Positions 1 through 10,285 of a DNA stretch of 64,000 nt are shown here, piece after piece (positions within the stretch are counted from its first letter, which is position 1; each line of letters starts with the position of its first letter). The position numbers were made by a program, and so were the translations under genes. The notes below the pieces were generated by a model. It made no database searches, was not told the DNA's origin, and saw only the letters and a program-made list of their open reading frames with translations. The DNA is from Candidatus Bathyarchaeia archaeon (GTDB lineage: Archaea; Thermoproteota; Bathyarchaeia; Bathyarchaeales; Bathycorpusculaceae), in NCBI GenBank assembly GCA_050010755.1, contig JBEKKK010000004.1, positions 108,498 to 172,497 of the forward strand, written 5' to 3'.

Positions 1-1
1 C

Positions 2-664
2 GTGACCGGCCACACAGGAACATACCATGGACTTTCAACTTCCGTTGGAGTTTGCACAGCCTATGGAACTATCGACAGGGACAAACTCATAACACCTGGC
101 GGCGCTAAGCCTGGAGATTACGTTTTCTGCCTAAAACCCTTAGGTCTAGAGGTCGCCGTCAACCTCGCCCTTACTCGCAAGACACTGGCAAAGAAGCTAT
201 TCGCTGAAAAGACGAAGGAACTGGAAAAACTTGTACCTATGCAGAGTTGCGCTCGAGAAGCTTTACTTCTCGCAGAAACGTGCGACGTTCACGCCATGCA
301 TGATGTCACTGAAGGAGGCTTGACCGCAGCTTTGAACGAAATGGCTGAAGCTTCCAATGTCGGTTTCAAAATAGACTTTGAAAAGATTCCAATCAGCGAC
401 GAAGTGCAAAAATTGATGAGAGGTTTTCATTTGTCAGAAAAGCAGCTCTTGTCGATGTCATCTACTGGAACAATTTTGGCTGCCGTCGGTCCGAATGGAA
501 GAGAAAAAGTCGAATCAGCGATGTGTCAAAGCAATGTTCAAGCAAACGTCCTAGGCATTTTCAGAGAGGACTCGCGCCGAATTCTGACAAGAAACCGCAA
601 AGAGACCTCCTTCCCAAAAGTTGCGCACGATCCTTACGCGATGATTCTCTCGGGAAAACTGTAG
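2..664 (+). CDS. AIR synthase-related (PurM/HypE/ThiL superfamily) protein, 5'-truncated by window edge
   Basis: GAKPGD, HAMHDVTEGGL and SSTGTIL motifs typical of the AIRS C-terminal domain. Confidence 0.8.
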   Translation: MTGHTGTYHGLSTSVGVCTAYGTIDRDKLITPGGAKPGDYVFCLKPLGLEVAVNLALTRKTLAKKLFAEKTKELEKLVPMQSCAREALLLAETCDVHAMHDVTEGGLTAALNEMAEASNVGFKIDFEKIPISDEVQKLMRGFHLSEKQLLSMSSTGTILAAVGPNGREKVESAMCQSNVQANVLGIFREDSRRILTRNRKETSFPKVAHDPYAMILSGKL

Positions 665-1419
665 ACGTTCATCCTTCTACCTCGAACAAACCCAACTAGA
701 GTAAGCCCCGCATCTTTGGCAATGGCAATGCCGGAGTCTATGGCAGCAGCAAGCGAAGCCACTATCGGCAGACCAGTTTTCGCAGCCTTGAGAACAATAT
801 CGCTGGTCAACCGCCCACTCAAAGCAAGAAAGCAATTGCGAACGTCAATTTCCTTCATGATGCATGAACCAATCACTTTGTCAACAGCGTTGTGGCGACC
901 AACATCCTCAGCGAATGTGACGAGCGTTCCATCGGTCGCATATATTGCGGCAACGTGCACACCTCCGGTCTTCCTGAAAGTCTCTGCAATGAAGTTTAGA
1001 CGGTTGACGCAATTCGACACTGTTTCGGCTTTGACCTTCACGTCTGACTGTATCTTGCTGAGCCCCAAGCTTGGTTGATAGGGTGTGTTGCTTCCGCAGG
1101 CTGAGAAGATGACGCGGGAGAAATGCTGCGACAGTTTCAGGCGCTCGTCAATCTTGACATCAGCTCGCAGGTTGATCCTGCAAACTCCTTCCTTTTCCTT
1201 CAGGTCCACTCCCTCAATCTCGGCCATTGACTTCACTACTCCTTCAGAAATAACATGCCCAACTGCCAGCTCCTTCAAGTTTGATGGCGAACAGAAAACT
1301 GTGACGTACCGAGTCCTGTTCAGAAATATGTGCAAGGGCTTTTCTTCAGCCACGTAATCCGTCGTCTTCTCAGCCTTTTTGGGCGATACGTCAATTCTTA
1401 CGATGTTTACCTTGGGCAT
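634..1419 (-). CDS. fdhD: Formate dehydrogenase accessory sulfurtransferase FdhD
   Basis: EEKPL, SACG, TGGVHVAA, EDVGRHNAVDKVIG and LSGR motifs; ATG at 1419 (GTG at 1428 is an alternative). Confidence 0.93.
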   Translation of the reverse strand: MPKVNIVRIDVSPKKAEKTTDYVAEEKPLHIFLNRTRYVTVFCSPSNLKELAVGHVISEGVVKSMAEIEGVDLKEKEGVCRINLRADVKIDERLKLSQHFSRVIFSACGSNTPYQPSLGLSKIQSDVKVKAETVSNCVNRLNFIAETFRKTGGVHVAAIYATDGTLVTFAEDVGRHNAVDKVIGSCIMKEIDVRNCFLALSGRLTSDIVLKAAKTGLPIVASLAAAIDSGIAIAKDAGLTLVGFVRGRRMNVYSFPERIIA

Positions 1420-1424
1420 GGGAG

Positions 1425-2303
1425 TCACTTCTTTAGCTCGGAGAACACGAAATCCAGAATCTCATCGGCTATCTTGACGCGAGTGACTGTTTGCAAGCCT
1501 CTCCATCCGGGTTGACTGTTAACTTCGACAACGATCGGTCCTTTTGGGCTTTCGAGTATGTCAACTCCAGCTATCTTGCAGTCGATAAGCTCAGCTGATT
1601 TAATGGCTATTTCTTCAACCTGTTTCTCCAGGCTTATCGCTACAGGGCGGGCCCCCTGGCTGTAGTTGGTTTTCCAATCCTGCGCAACCCGCCTCATAGC
1701 AGCCACGACCCTATTGCCCACCACGAAGGCTCGCAAGTCAGAGAAGCCATGGTGCACAAATTCTTGAAGGTAAATCACCCCATGAGAGAACCTAATCGCC
1801 GTAAAAACCGTCGAAGCGACTTCACGATCGTTGATTCTCGTGGCTCCAACTCCCCTAGAGCCGAACACGGGCTTGACAACCACATCTCCTCCCAGCTCAT
1901 CAAAAGCCTCGAGCGCTTCCTCGATATTTTCAGTCACAGCTGTCCGCGGAACGGGCAGACCGTTCTCCTCCAAGATGGCAAGGATGTCGTACTTGTCAAC
2001 ACAGTGCTCGATGGCCTCTGCGGGATTTATCACGTACAAGCCTAAACGTTGAAGCCTGTACAAGACGTCCATCCTGAAAACCAACTCCTCGAGCGACCCC
2101 TTACCAATCGGACGGACGATCAAACAGTCCAGCTCTTCACTGAGTTTCAGGTTTCCAGACTCCACGAACGGCATACACCCCACGTGAGCCATTATACTAG
2201 GGAAACTGAAACAAACGTACGGAGTGCCACGCTTGTCCAAAGCTTCCCGCAACTGGGCAGAACTGTAAGAATTTGGGTTCCTCGTCGCGATTCCAACCTT
2301 CAA
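1425..2303 (-). CDS. RimK-family ATP-grasp ligase, probably tetrahydromethanopterin:alpha-L-glutamate ligase (MptN-like)
   Basis: VVKPVFGSRGVG, YLQEFV, DLRAFVVG, WKTNYSQG and EVNSQPGW motifs; context next to mch/fwd; TTG start with GGAGG. Confidence 0.8.
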   Translation of the reverse strand: MKVGIATRNPNSYSSAQLREALDKRGTPYVCFSFPSIMAHVGCMPFVESGNLKLSEELDCLIVRPIGKGSLEELVFRMDVLYRLQRLGLYVINPAEAIEHCVDKYDILAILEENGLPVPRTAVTENIEEALEAFDELGGDVVVKPVFGSRGVGATRINDREVASTVFTAIRFSHGVIYLQEFVHHGFSDLRAFVVGNRVVAAMRRVAQDWKTNYSQGARPVAISLEKQVEEIAIKSAELIDCKIAGVDILESPKGPIVVEVNSQPGWRGLQTVTRVKIADEILDFVFSELKK

Positions 2304-2376
2304 AAACGATCCCTCCGTGGGCTAAGTCTTTGAAAGATGCCACTTGGCTGTCTTAAAGTTTCCGCGCGAATAAACC

Positions 2377-3306
2377 TTAGAATTTGTGAATGTAAGGGAT
2401 CAACTCATTGGCGTTGTCGAACTCTTTGTCGAGTTTCACGTCCAAGTAGGCCCCGAAGGCGTTGAAGTATGGCGGACCTTTTCGCGAAAACAGGGTCAAA
2501 ACCTTGCCGTCGTGGTTGATCTTGAAGCCATCCTCGCAGGGTTCATGCCCCCTTATCAGAATCTTCGCGTTCAACTTCGCCAGCACCCTGTCTGTCACAT
2601 TCTCGCCGAATAGGTTTCCTGCACCTCTGGACGATGCACTTGTTTCCTCAACTAAATCGTCAGGATCGCTCCATAGAATCTCCTCTAACAAAGAGCGCTT
2701 GGGATGCAAAGTGTGGGCAGAAGCCATGTCCTCAACCGTCCTCGCTTCTTTCGGCAACCCGCCGTGTACCATTAAATATCGTTCTTCAACTAGCACCGCG
2801 TTGTATAAGCTTTCAAACAATGCACGAACTGCGGTGTACGCCTCGGTCCATTTCTTTCCAAATCTTGCTTGAAACTGGTCTGGCAAATCGTGTGGGGACG
2901 GCATGAGATCTTCTGGGCCTTCATGGTTGCCCCGCATCAGGATAACCTGGTTTGGATGGAGCAGTTTCACCTTTAAAACTGTATAGTAGGTTTCCGCTGG
3001 GTATGCTCCTCGGTCGCCGTAGTCGCCCAGAAATATAAGGATGGATTCGGATGATTTGTCGATTCTTTCGAGAATGTTGCTGTGCTGCAGGATATCTATG
3101 AGGCTCTCGAGATCTCCATGCAGGTCGCCGACGACGAGGGCCTCGCCTTTCGGGTCAACCTCTATGAGTCTGCCTTTGACGCGAAGGTTTCCCACTCTTC
3201 CGTCTTCTTTTTTAAGCAGTTCAGTAGCCTGTTCGACTGTCTGGGTGAATTCTGAGGCGTCAATTTCCAGAGCTTCTTTAACGATTTGTGAAAGGACAGT
3301 TGGCAA
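2377..3306 (-). CDS. Serine/threonine protein phosphatase, PPP family
   Basis: GDLHG, GDYGDRG, RGNHE, HGG, LWSDP and IRGHE motifs. Confidence 0.92.
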   Translation of the reverse strand: MPTVLSQIVKEALEIDASEFTQTVEQATELLKKEDGRVGNLRVKGRLIEVDPKGEALVVGDLHGDLESLIDILQHSNILERIDKSSESILIFLGDYGDRGAYPAETYYTVLKVKLLHPNQVILMRGNHEGPEDLMPSPHDLPDQFQARFGKKWTEAYTAVRALFESLYNAVLVEERYLMVHGGLPKEARTVEDMASAHTLHPKRSLLEEILWSDPDDLVEETSASSRGAGNLFGENVTDRVLAKLNAKILIRGHEPCEDGFKINHDGKVLTLFSRKGPPYFNAFGAYLDVKLDKEFDNANELIPYIHKF

Positions 3307-3319
3307 GAATTATCTCAGC

Positions 3320-4600
3320 TTATTCGATTTTGACGGTTTTGTTCAAAGAGCTGAGGATGTTCTTCCCTATCTCGGACTTGTGATAGCGGATCTTCTCTAA
3401 CGTCTCCTCTTGTGCTATTTTGACTGAGGCTTCTTCTGTCTCCACTACGGCTCGTTTTCTTGTCAGCTCTTCGACGTGGGCTTGGATTTTTGAAAGGTTT
3501 TGCTGCATAGCGGTTACTTCTTCCGACGTTGAAAGTTCAGTCTTGCGGGTCATTGCGTCCCTGCTCTTCTGGTGGAGATATGCCAGAATGTTTCTGTTCA
3601 CGATACTGTCTATGGTCTGTTCCGCCTTTCGTATTTTCTCTGGTTTCAGTTTCAGTTTCCCCTCGGAGATGGAACGGTCCAGCTTCATGAGTATCTGTCT
3701 CAGTAACGGGTGCCCTGGAGCTTCGGTAGAAAATGCCTCGAACGGGTTTTCCACGTACTGGTAGAGTTTGCTGAGTTCTTCTGGGTTCAAACCACTCCCT
3801 GTTCCATGCGTTGCGAGCGATTGAAGTTTTATGAATGGTTTTTGAAGGTGCTGTAAGCTGTGCTTCACTTCCATGCTCAAGGAATCTATTTCTGTTCCTG
3901 TTTGATGCAGCTGGCCGATACTTCCCCGGCTTCTCAGTTCAGCCATTTTCTGCTTTGCTTCATCTATTTCCTTTTCGATGCGTTCCCTATCGTTTCCAGT
4001 TTTCGCCATACGTTCTCCGAGACCTGTTAGCTGTTGTTCCAGTTCAACCAGTTTATCGATGAGCTGAAAAGTCTCTTCAAGAGTCTTGGTCTTGACGTAT
4101 TCTTTCGTCAGGAAATTCTGAAGATCTCTCAGAGATTCTTTTGCCCTGTCAAAAATGGCTTGGAATCTTCGCCTGTCAAGAATGAAGAACGGCGAGATTC
4201 TCGGGAACCAATTTCTAATATCGACATCGATAACGTTGAAGACTTTTTGCAGTTCTTGAATGAAGTCGCTGAAGCTGTCGTATGAAACCTTTTCCGGAAC
4301 TTTGAGTTGTCGCATTCGTTCAGAGAAAAGTTTGCCCAACCTGTTCAGCGCTCTGGCCCTCCGATAGGTCTTCATGTTCCTTTTTTCAATCTCTCTAGCG
4401 CTGTTATCCATAAGCATCTTGGAAACTTCAGAAAGACTCTCCAGCGTCCGGCGCATCTCGTCGATCAGTTTCTGAGCTCTAGCGTGAACAGGAATGAAGA
4501 CAGATCCCGTTTCTTTCTCAAGCCATCCTTTGATGTCCCTTGAGGAAAACTTCAGCGTCTCCGACAAAGACTTTCCCATTACCAAAATATGCACACGCAT
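3320..4600 (-). CDS. Long coiled-coil hypothetical protein
   Basis: 426-aa helical, E/K/L/Q-rich ORF with heptad character; 13 nt upstream of the phosphatase. Confidence 0.75.
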   Translation of the reverse strand: MRVHILVMGKSLSETLKFSSRDIKGWLEKETGSVFIPVHARAQKLIDEMRRTLESLSEVSKMLMDNSAREIEKRNMKTYRRARALNRLGKLFSERMRQLKVPEKVSYDSFSDFIQELQKVFNVIDVDIRNWFPRISPFFILDRRRFQAIFDRAKESLRDLQNFLTKEYVKTKTLEETFQLIDKLVELEQQLTGLGERMAKTGNDRERIEKEIDEAKQKMAELRSRGSIGQLHQTGTEIDSLSMEVKHSLQHLQKPFIKLQSLATHGTGSGLNPEELSKLYQYVENPFEAFSTEAPGHPLLRQILMKLDRSISEGKLKLKPEKIRKAEQTIDSIVNRNILAYLHQKSRDAMTRKTELSTSEEVTAMQQNLSKIQAHVEELTRKRAVVETEEASVKIAQEETLEKIRYHKSEIGKNILSSLNKTVKIE

Positions 4601-4701
4601 ATTAATCTAATCTTTCAAACTCGTCTTCTAATCGTACCCTTTTCTGGGTAGTTACTCTTAAATAATCACTTGCAACATTGGCTTTGCCAAGAAGCGAAAG
4701 A

Positions 4702-5260
4702 CATGAACACAAGAGACCTGGCAGCCATAGCAATCTTCAGCGCGCTTGCTATCGTTCTTAACTTTACGATTAGAATCCCCGACCCCCTTGCGACGTTTCT
4801 CGTTTATCAGATATGGGAAATACCCATATTGGTAGCTTTTTTTCTATTCGGATTAACGGTGTTGTTTTTTGTAACTGGCATAAACCTCGTTATTCTTTTC
4901 TTGTTCTTTCAGGGGGCTTCTATACTGGGTCCGGTATACTGGCTCGCGGCCTGGCTGAGCATGATGGCCGGCATAGGACTCATCAAGTTATTGCTGGATA
5001 GATTTGCTGTGAAGAACGTCGCTGTTACAGCTGCCCTTTACGCTGCATTCGGAGTTGCCTTTAGAACTGCAGTTATGGTTCTTGTCAATTATTCGGTCCT
5101 TCGCTTTCCGCCGCCATTGGGTTTCAGCTATCCTGAGCCGGTTATCCTAGGCCTCGTTCCGGTACTAGCGTTTTTCAATGCAACGTTGGCTCTGTACACT
5201 ATTCCAATTAGCTATTCACTCGCACGATTTGTAGCCCGAAACATCAGGACATCTATATAG
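4702..5260 (+). CDS. ECF transporter substrate-binding (S) component
   Basis: N-terminal 'TRDLAAIAIFSALAIVL', about 5-6 TM helices, 'FNATLAL' near the C-terminus; start placed near the MNTRD methionine (ORF track begins at 4670). Confidence 0.75.
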
Positions 5261-5324
5261 ATAGCTTCTGGCATCCATTGTTTAGAGAGGTAACAGAAGC
5301 CAAGTCTGTTGACCATTGGCAGTT

Positions 5325-6290
5325 TCATTTAATATCGAAGGATCTTCTCAGTGCGTCGGGGTTTATTTTGCCTACCTGAAAGGTGTTTCCTGTTCTTGCG
5401 TTGTTAATAGCCACAACTGCTGGGGCAAAGAGGTCTGGGTCAATTTTGTAAAAGTCGTACTTTGCTTCTTTGAATATTTCTATGAAGGGTCTCCCGTAGG
5501 CTTCGGACGCCGTGGACGGAGCTTTTTTCGCAATATCCATCAGTTTTTCGTCGTCCTCATGCTCAACGATGTAATAGGCAGTTCCGCCGTAGAGGATAGC
5601 GTCATTAGTCCTCGCCATTGCCCTCACGAACTTCGGATGAATAGGGGAAATTGGCGCACACCCTGAAGCATAAATAATCACATTCGGATCTAATCCGAGC
5701 CTTCGGAGTTTGTGGATCCCTGTTTCGATTATCCTGCCTGAAACTTGAGTCGCTCCAGCCAGACTGGCTGTCGGGGTCAAGACGATTGCCAGATTTTGAG
5801 GTGGGATTTTGCAGTCTCGCGCGAAACCATCTACAACATTCGCTGGCGGACTCTTTTCAGCTTCAAGCACTATGATTCCTTTGTTGAAATTGTCCTCGTA
5901 TCCGATTTCTCCGTAGATGTCCTTCGGCTTCTGTGCCAGTGCTCTTGCCGGTCCCGAGCCTATTGCGAAATACCCATCTTTGTTTATTTGCCATCCAGCA
6001 TACTGTGAGCCTAGTGTTGCAATGACTGGATGGTCTGAATATATTTGTATTGAGGGTAGGTCTAGGTCTCCGTACTTTTGGTGAGTTATTGCGGCTTTTG
6101 CGCAACCTCCCATGCAGATCTCGGTTATGATTCTTCCCGCCTCAAACCCGCCGCGGGCATTCGCTCCTGCGTCGATTATAGTGGTTCCCGAATCCGTTTC
6201 TCCGATTTTGATTCCGTAGACTTCTGCGTGTTCAACGAGTTCGTCCAACAGCTTCCATGCCTGTTGATTTACGCTCAACGTTTTCTTCAT
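5325..6290 (-). CDS. mch: Methenyl-H4MPT cyclohydrolase
   Basis: LGSQYAGW, GSGPARALA, QVSGRIIETG, AMARTNDAILYGG and FYKIDPDLFAPA motifs. Confidence 0.96.
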   Translation of the reverse strand: MKKTLSVNQQAWKLLDELVEHAEVYGIKIGETDSGTTIIDAGANARGGFEAGRIITEICMGGCAKAAITHQKYGDLDLPSIQIYSDHPVIATLGSQYAGWQINKDGYFAIGSGPARALAQKPKDIYGEIGYEDNFNKGIIVLEAEKSPPANVVDGFARDCKIPPQNLAIVLTPTASLAGATQVSGRIIETGIHKLRRLGLDPNVIIYASGCAPISPIHPKFVRAMARTNDAILYGGTAYYIVEHEDDEKLMDIAKKAPSTASEAYGRPFIEIFKEAKYDFYKIDPDLFAPAVVAINNARTGNTFQVGKINPDALRRSFDIK

Positions 6291-6303
6291 CGGGTTTTCT
6301 CCT

Positions 6304-7128
6304 TTAGAGGAATTTCTCGTAAGAGTTTAGATGTGGATTTTTCTGTTTGGAGACATAAAGCTTGCCGTTTCCGTTTTCCACGCGGTCTCCGAGAAAGACG
6401 TAGAGGGGTCCTTCGGCCACTTCGTTTTCTTCAATTTTTACTTTCGGTCTGATGCCGTCTATGGTGAATGAGGGGAGTACAGACTCCAGGTGCCCTCCTA
6501 CTATGATTTTGCCGTCTACCATGCATGCTCCTGTCCTTCCTTCACAGTTTCCTTGAACGTAGATTGTTCCGTCATGCATGCGGAAGCCAGCGAATTGGCC
6601 TGCATTGCCATAGATTTTGATGATGCCCTTCTTCATATTCGCTCCCACCTCGGTTCCAGCGTTTCCCCGAATGATTATTCTTCCCCCGTGCATGCCCTCT
6701 GTGCTTCCCCGGTAAGGGGCGCCCAAGTAGTCGCCTGCGCTTCCTTGAATTTCGATCGTGCCCCCCTTCATCATCGAACCCGCCCATGCTCCGGCGTTTC
6801 CGTGAACGGTAATGCTGCCGCTCTTCATCTCTTCGCCGAGGTGCATTCCTGCGTCGCCGTTGATTGTTATCTCTCCGTTCTTCATTCCTAACCCGATTCT
6901 TCGAACCTGGCTGACGTCTCCGTAAACGGATATGGCTGGGATGTCAGGGCTGTTTTCTGTTTTGACTTCGTCAATCTTGAAGAGTTCACAGAGTTTTTTC
7001 TGTTTGTTGCCTTCCCAAACTTGCAAAGCTTCGATTTCGCTCAAAGTCTTTCCTGAGAAAACATCCGGGTTTATGCACTCGGCTTGGACTGGAAACCTGA
7101 AATCCTTCAGAGGGCGCAGGTTTATCAT
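6304..7128 (-). CDS. fwdC: Formylmethanofuran dehydrogenase subunit C
   Basis: GxxMxxG beta-helix repeats, GAPYRG motif; operon context. Confidence 0.95.
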   Translation of the reverse strand: MINLRPLKDFRFPVQAECINPDVFSGKTLSEIEALQVWEGNKQKKLCELFKIDEVKTENSPDIPAISVYGDVSQVRRIGLGMKNGEITINGDAGMHLGEEMKSGSITVHGNAGAWAGSMMKGGTIEIQGSAGDYLGAPYRGSTEGMHGGRIIIRGNAGTEVGANMKKGIIKIYGNAGQFAGFRMHDGTIYVQGNCEGRTGACMVDGKIIVGGHLESVLPSFTIDGIRPKVKIEENEVAEGPLYVFLGDRVENGNGKLYVSKQKNPHLNSYEKFL

Positions 7129-8820
7129 TTATACACTAGCCTTCACGGTTATCGGGTTCAACCCCTTGAGGTGCTCCCCGCTTACAGGATAGTTTTCGTA
7201 CTCAACTGTCCAATACTCTTTGAACCTTCTCTTCATGTCATCGGTTATTCTTGCAGGTTCGGAGACCTCTACGTCAAGCCACATCGTGCGGCCGTCAACG
7301 TGCTTGAGAACCGCGCCGTCCCTGACAACAAGCTCTCCTCCTTTTATGGTGTAGGCGGCGCGTCTGAACGCTCTTCTCACGGTTCTGTACTTTCTTGAAA
7401 TGTCGGTTGTTTCGGGGTTTACGTTGTAAACGGCCACGTCAGCGTCGGCTCCTACGCCTAGATGTCCCTTGTTCTTCAGACCTAGGGCCCTGGCTTGTCC
7501 CGCCCTCGTCACAGTTGCGATTTCGTAGAGGCTTAGCTCCCGATCAATCGACGGCAGAAGGCTTCGGCTGCGCGCCCGAGCGTTGATTCTCTTCAAGCTT
7601 GCTTCTCTCGCTTTCTTGCTTATGAGCCAAGCGATAATCTTCGGATAAGCCGTGAAAGGCCCCCCGTTAGGATGGTCTGTCGTCATCAATATTCTCCAAG
7701 GATCCTTGATGAGGAGGGCCAGTTCTAGGCCGATGGACCACTGGACCGCATGAACGTAGCTTTTACGATGGTAACGGAAAGGCACGATGCCCCCGCTTGT
7801 CTCGGTTTCCACATCATGGTTCACCCACTTGTTCCCGGTGAGTCCATAAAGCGCGTATTGGAATGGGCCGTCAGCGGTCATGGTTGTCGTGTCCGTGAAT
7901 ATTACTTGACCCATATCCATAGTCGCGTGAATGTGACCGTTCATGTAGGTTGCTATCTCTTCTGCTCCTGACTCCAGTGTTCTCCAGTCATCGCCCTTGA
8001 ATGCGCTGAATTGACAGTGCGTCAAATGAATTACGGGCTTGTCTCCGGTTGCTAGGTCTTCGACGCACTTCAGAGTTTCTAGGGCGGTTGTGTAGTTTCC
8101 CGGCTTTCCGAGGTTGTTTGCGTGAACGTGAATTGTGTGTGGAAGGTTCAGGAGTTTGTTTGCTTTACACAGCCCGCGGATGATCTCTCGCGGCGTCGTA
8201 CAGAAGTGAGGGACCTGATCGTCCAGATCTTTGACGTTTTGGCCGAAGCCCCAAGCTTCAAGTCCACCTGGGTTGACGATTTTTATGGCATACCCTTTCG
8301 TCGAACTCATAATCCAAGCGATGTGTCTCGCGCATTCCTCGATTTTTCCTTGGGCCAAGTATTCAAGTGCGAACCACCAGTCGCCCAGAAGCGGGTAAGA
8401 AGCCTTGTCAAGCATCGGGGTGTCGTTTAACTCTTCGTGTGTGTGCTTCGCCTCCAGAGGCGGCATAGATGGGTTCATTATCGTCGTGTACCCCATTCTG
8501 GCGTAGCGGTAGCCCGTGGTGAACGTCGAAGGAATAGAACGACCGACTCCAGCCCTCGTCACTGACGTTTTTGATTCAAAATCTCTGAAGTGGTCTTCGG
8601 GCCTCAGAAGTCTCCCTGTGTTGACCTCCGAGCCAGCGATGTGAGTGTGAATATCAACGCCGCCGGGCATAACAGTCATTCCAGAGGCATCGATCTTTCT
8701 TGCTCTTCTTGCGCTGACGCTTTCGACGATTTTTCCATCTCTGATGGCGATGTCCATCTTTTCGCCGTTGACACCGTTCAGTGGGTCGTAGACGAAGCCG
8801 TTCTTTATTAGAAGCTCCAT
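7129..8820 (-). CDS. fwdA: Formylmethanofuran dehydrogenase subunit A (amidohydrolase)
   Basis: PGGVDIHTHIAG, RPEDH, KIVNPGG, HANNLG and TTDHPNGGPF motifs. Confidence 0.97.
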   Translation of the reverse strand: MELLIKNGFVYDPLNGVNGEKMDIAIRDGKIVESVSARRARKIDASGMTVMPGGVDIHTHIAGSEVNTGRLLRPEDHFRDFESKTSVTRAGVGRSIPSTFTTGYRYARMGYTTIMNPSMPPLEAKHTHEELNDTPMLDKASYPLLGDWWFALEYLAQGKIEECARHIAWIMSSTKGYAIKIVNPGGLEAWGFGQNVKDLDDQVPHFCTTPREIIRGLCKANKLLNLPHTIHVHANNLGKPGNYTTALETLKCVEDLATGDKPVIHLTHCQFSAFKGDDWRTLESGAEEIATYMNGHIHATMDMGQVIFTDTTTMTADGPFQYALYGLTGNKWVNHDVETETSGGIVPFRYHRKSYVHAVQWSIGLELALLIKDPWRILMTTDHPNGGPFTAYPKIIAWLISKKAREASLKRINARARSRSLLPSIDRELSLYEIATVTRAGQARALGLKNKGHLGVGADADVAVYNVNPETTDISRKYRTVRRAFRRAAYTIKGGELVVRDGAVLKHVDGRTMWLDVEVSEPARITDDMKRRFKEYWTVEYENYPVSGEHLKGLNPITVKASV

Positions 8821-10284
8821 TCACTTCACCTCTGTTGGGAGTTTCTTTCTCTTTTTCACTTTCCTTACCTCCAGCAGCAGTCTTCTCAGAATTTCCTCGT
8901 CCGACAAAACCCCTCTGGGAGGTTCAACAACTTTCTTGAGCGGAAGAGGCACGTGATCCATGCGGTAGGCTGTTCCACTAGCTTCTATTCCAACGAAGGC
9001 CGAGGGGAATACGATGTCAGCCATCTGGCTCGTCGCGTTCATGTGTGGATCTATGGCTATCAGGGGATTGTTCACCAGGTGTTCAGCTGCTTTTCTTGGA
9101 AAGTTTGAAACGGGGTCTGAAGCGATTACTAACGCCGCATCTGATTCTTTCCGCAGGAGAACATCGATGGCGGAGGTCTCTCCAGGATTGTACCTCGGAT
9201 AGCCCAAGGAAAAATCAACTGCGTAGGGGTAGCCCGTCTGCCACAGGAAAACCGTGTCTGCGCCCGAGACGTTGAAGTGTCCTCGCATGGGCATTATGAC
9301 GAATTTGGTTCTTGCGTTTAGATCGCGAGCTAAGTGCAACGCCGCGTCTACATTCCGCAGTTTGCCCTTGCTCATGGTAAGTCCAAGACCGAAAAAGATG
9401 ACTCCGAAATTGCAGCCGACCATTGCTTCAGAGACTTCTTCCAAGTATTCAACGGGCACGCCAGCGACCTTGTCGGTCTCTATTTCTTGATCCCGAATCA
9501 GAGCTCTGAAGGCTTGCAGAAGCTCATAATCCTTGTTGGGTTCAACCTGAATGAAGTAGTCGGCGATTTCTGCCGTTCTGGTCTTTCTGACGTCTATCAC
9601 TATCAGTTTTCTGCCGGCTTTCAGGATTGCGGGACAGGGTCCGCGTTCAACTGGCGTTGATGAGACGGAAATTTTCTTTTTTGGCGAAACTTGTCTCAGT
9701 GCACTCTCGACTTTTTTCTTTGCCGTTGCGGCCTTGGTTCTTGTGACGTAGGATCTCCATTCGCTTCTCTCAAACTTTCCTTCAGATAGCGTCGTATACC
9801 TCTCTATGTGTCGGGGATGAGCACTCCAGGGGTTGCTTCCCCAATAGATAACTAGATCCGCCCTGTGTCTTATCTGCCCCAACGTGCATGAAGCAATGCC
9901 AACGTCCTGAATGCCCAAGACTGAAGGGCCGTGGCACACGGTTGACGTGTTGTCAATTACTCCTCCAACCTCCTCGGCGAGTTCGATGCCCACGCGTGTG
10001 GCTTCGCAGCTCGTGGAACTCCAACCATAGAGGAGGGGATAGTCTGCGTCAGCAAGAACTTCGGCAGCTTTGACGAGGGCTTCCCTGAAGGGCACTTCGA
10101 CGAGTGTTCCGCTCTTTCTGATGAGCGGCTTCGGAAGCCGGTGTCCACTGTAACCTAAGAATTTAGATTCGCACATTGAACAGCCGTTCTTGACTTTGAC
10201 AATTCTCTTGTTCTTGATTGTCAGCTCTATGTCGTCGCAGAGACTTCCACAAACTGGACAGGTTACAGCCCTTACAATCGGCAT
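8821..10284 (-). CDS. fwdB: Formylmethanofuran dehydrogenase subunit B (Mo/W-bisPGD), Cys-type
   Basis: CPVCGSLCDD, TVCHGPS, HPRH, MRGHFNV and YRMD motifs; ATG at 10284. Confidence 0.96.
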   Translation of the reverse strand: MPIVRAVTCPVCGSLCDDIELTIKNKRIVKVKNGCSMCESKFLGYSGHRLPKPLIRKSGTLVEVPFREALVKAAEVLADADYPLLYGWSSTSCEATRVGIELAEEVGGVIDNTSTVCHGPSVLGIQDVGIASCTLGQIRHRADLVIYWGSNPWSAHPRHIERYTTLSEGKFERSEWRSYVTRTKAATAKKKVESALRQVSPKKKISVSSTPVERGPCPAILKAGRKLIVIDVRKTRTAEIADYFIQVEPNKDYELLQAFRALIRDQEIETDKVAGVPVEYLEEVSEAMVGCNFGVIFFGLGLTMSKGKLRNVDAALHLARDLNARTKFVIMPMRGHFNVSGADTVFLWQTGYPYAVDFSLGYPRYNPGETSAIDVLLRKESDAALVIASDPVSNFPRKAAEHLVNNPLIAIDPHMNATSQMADIVFPSAFVGIEASGTAYRMDHVPLPLKKVVEPPRGVLSDEEILRRLLLEVRKVKKRKKLPTEVK

Positions 10285-10285
10285 T

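Noticed and set aside
9615-9765. Intein in FwdB
   Set aside because: Too short and lacks the C/S start and HN-C/S/T end.
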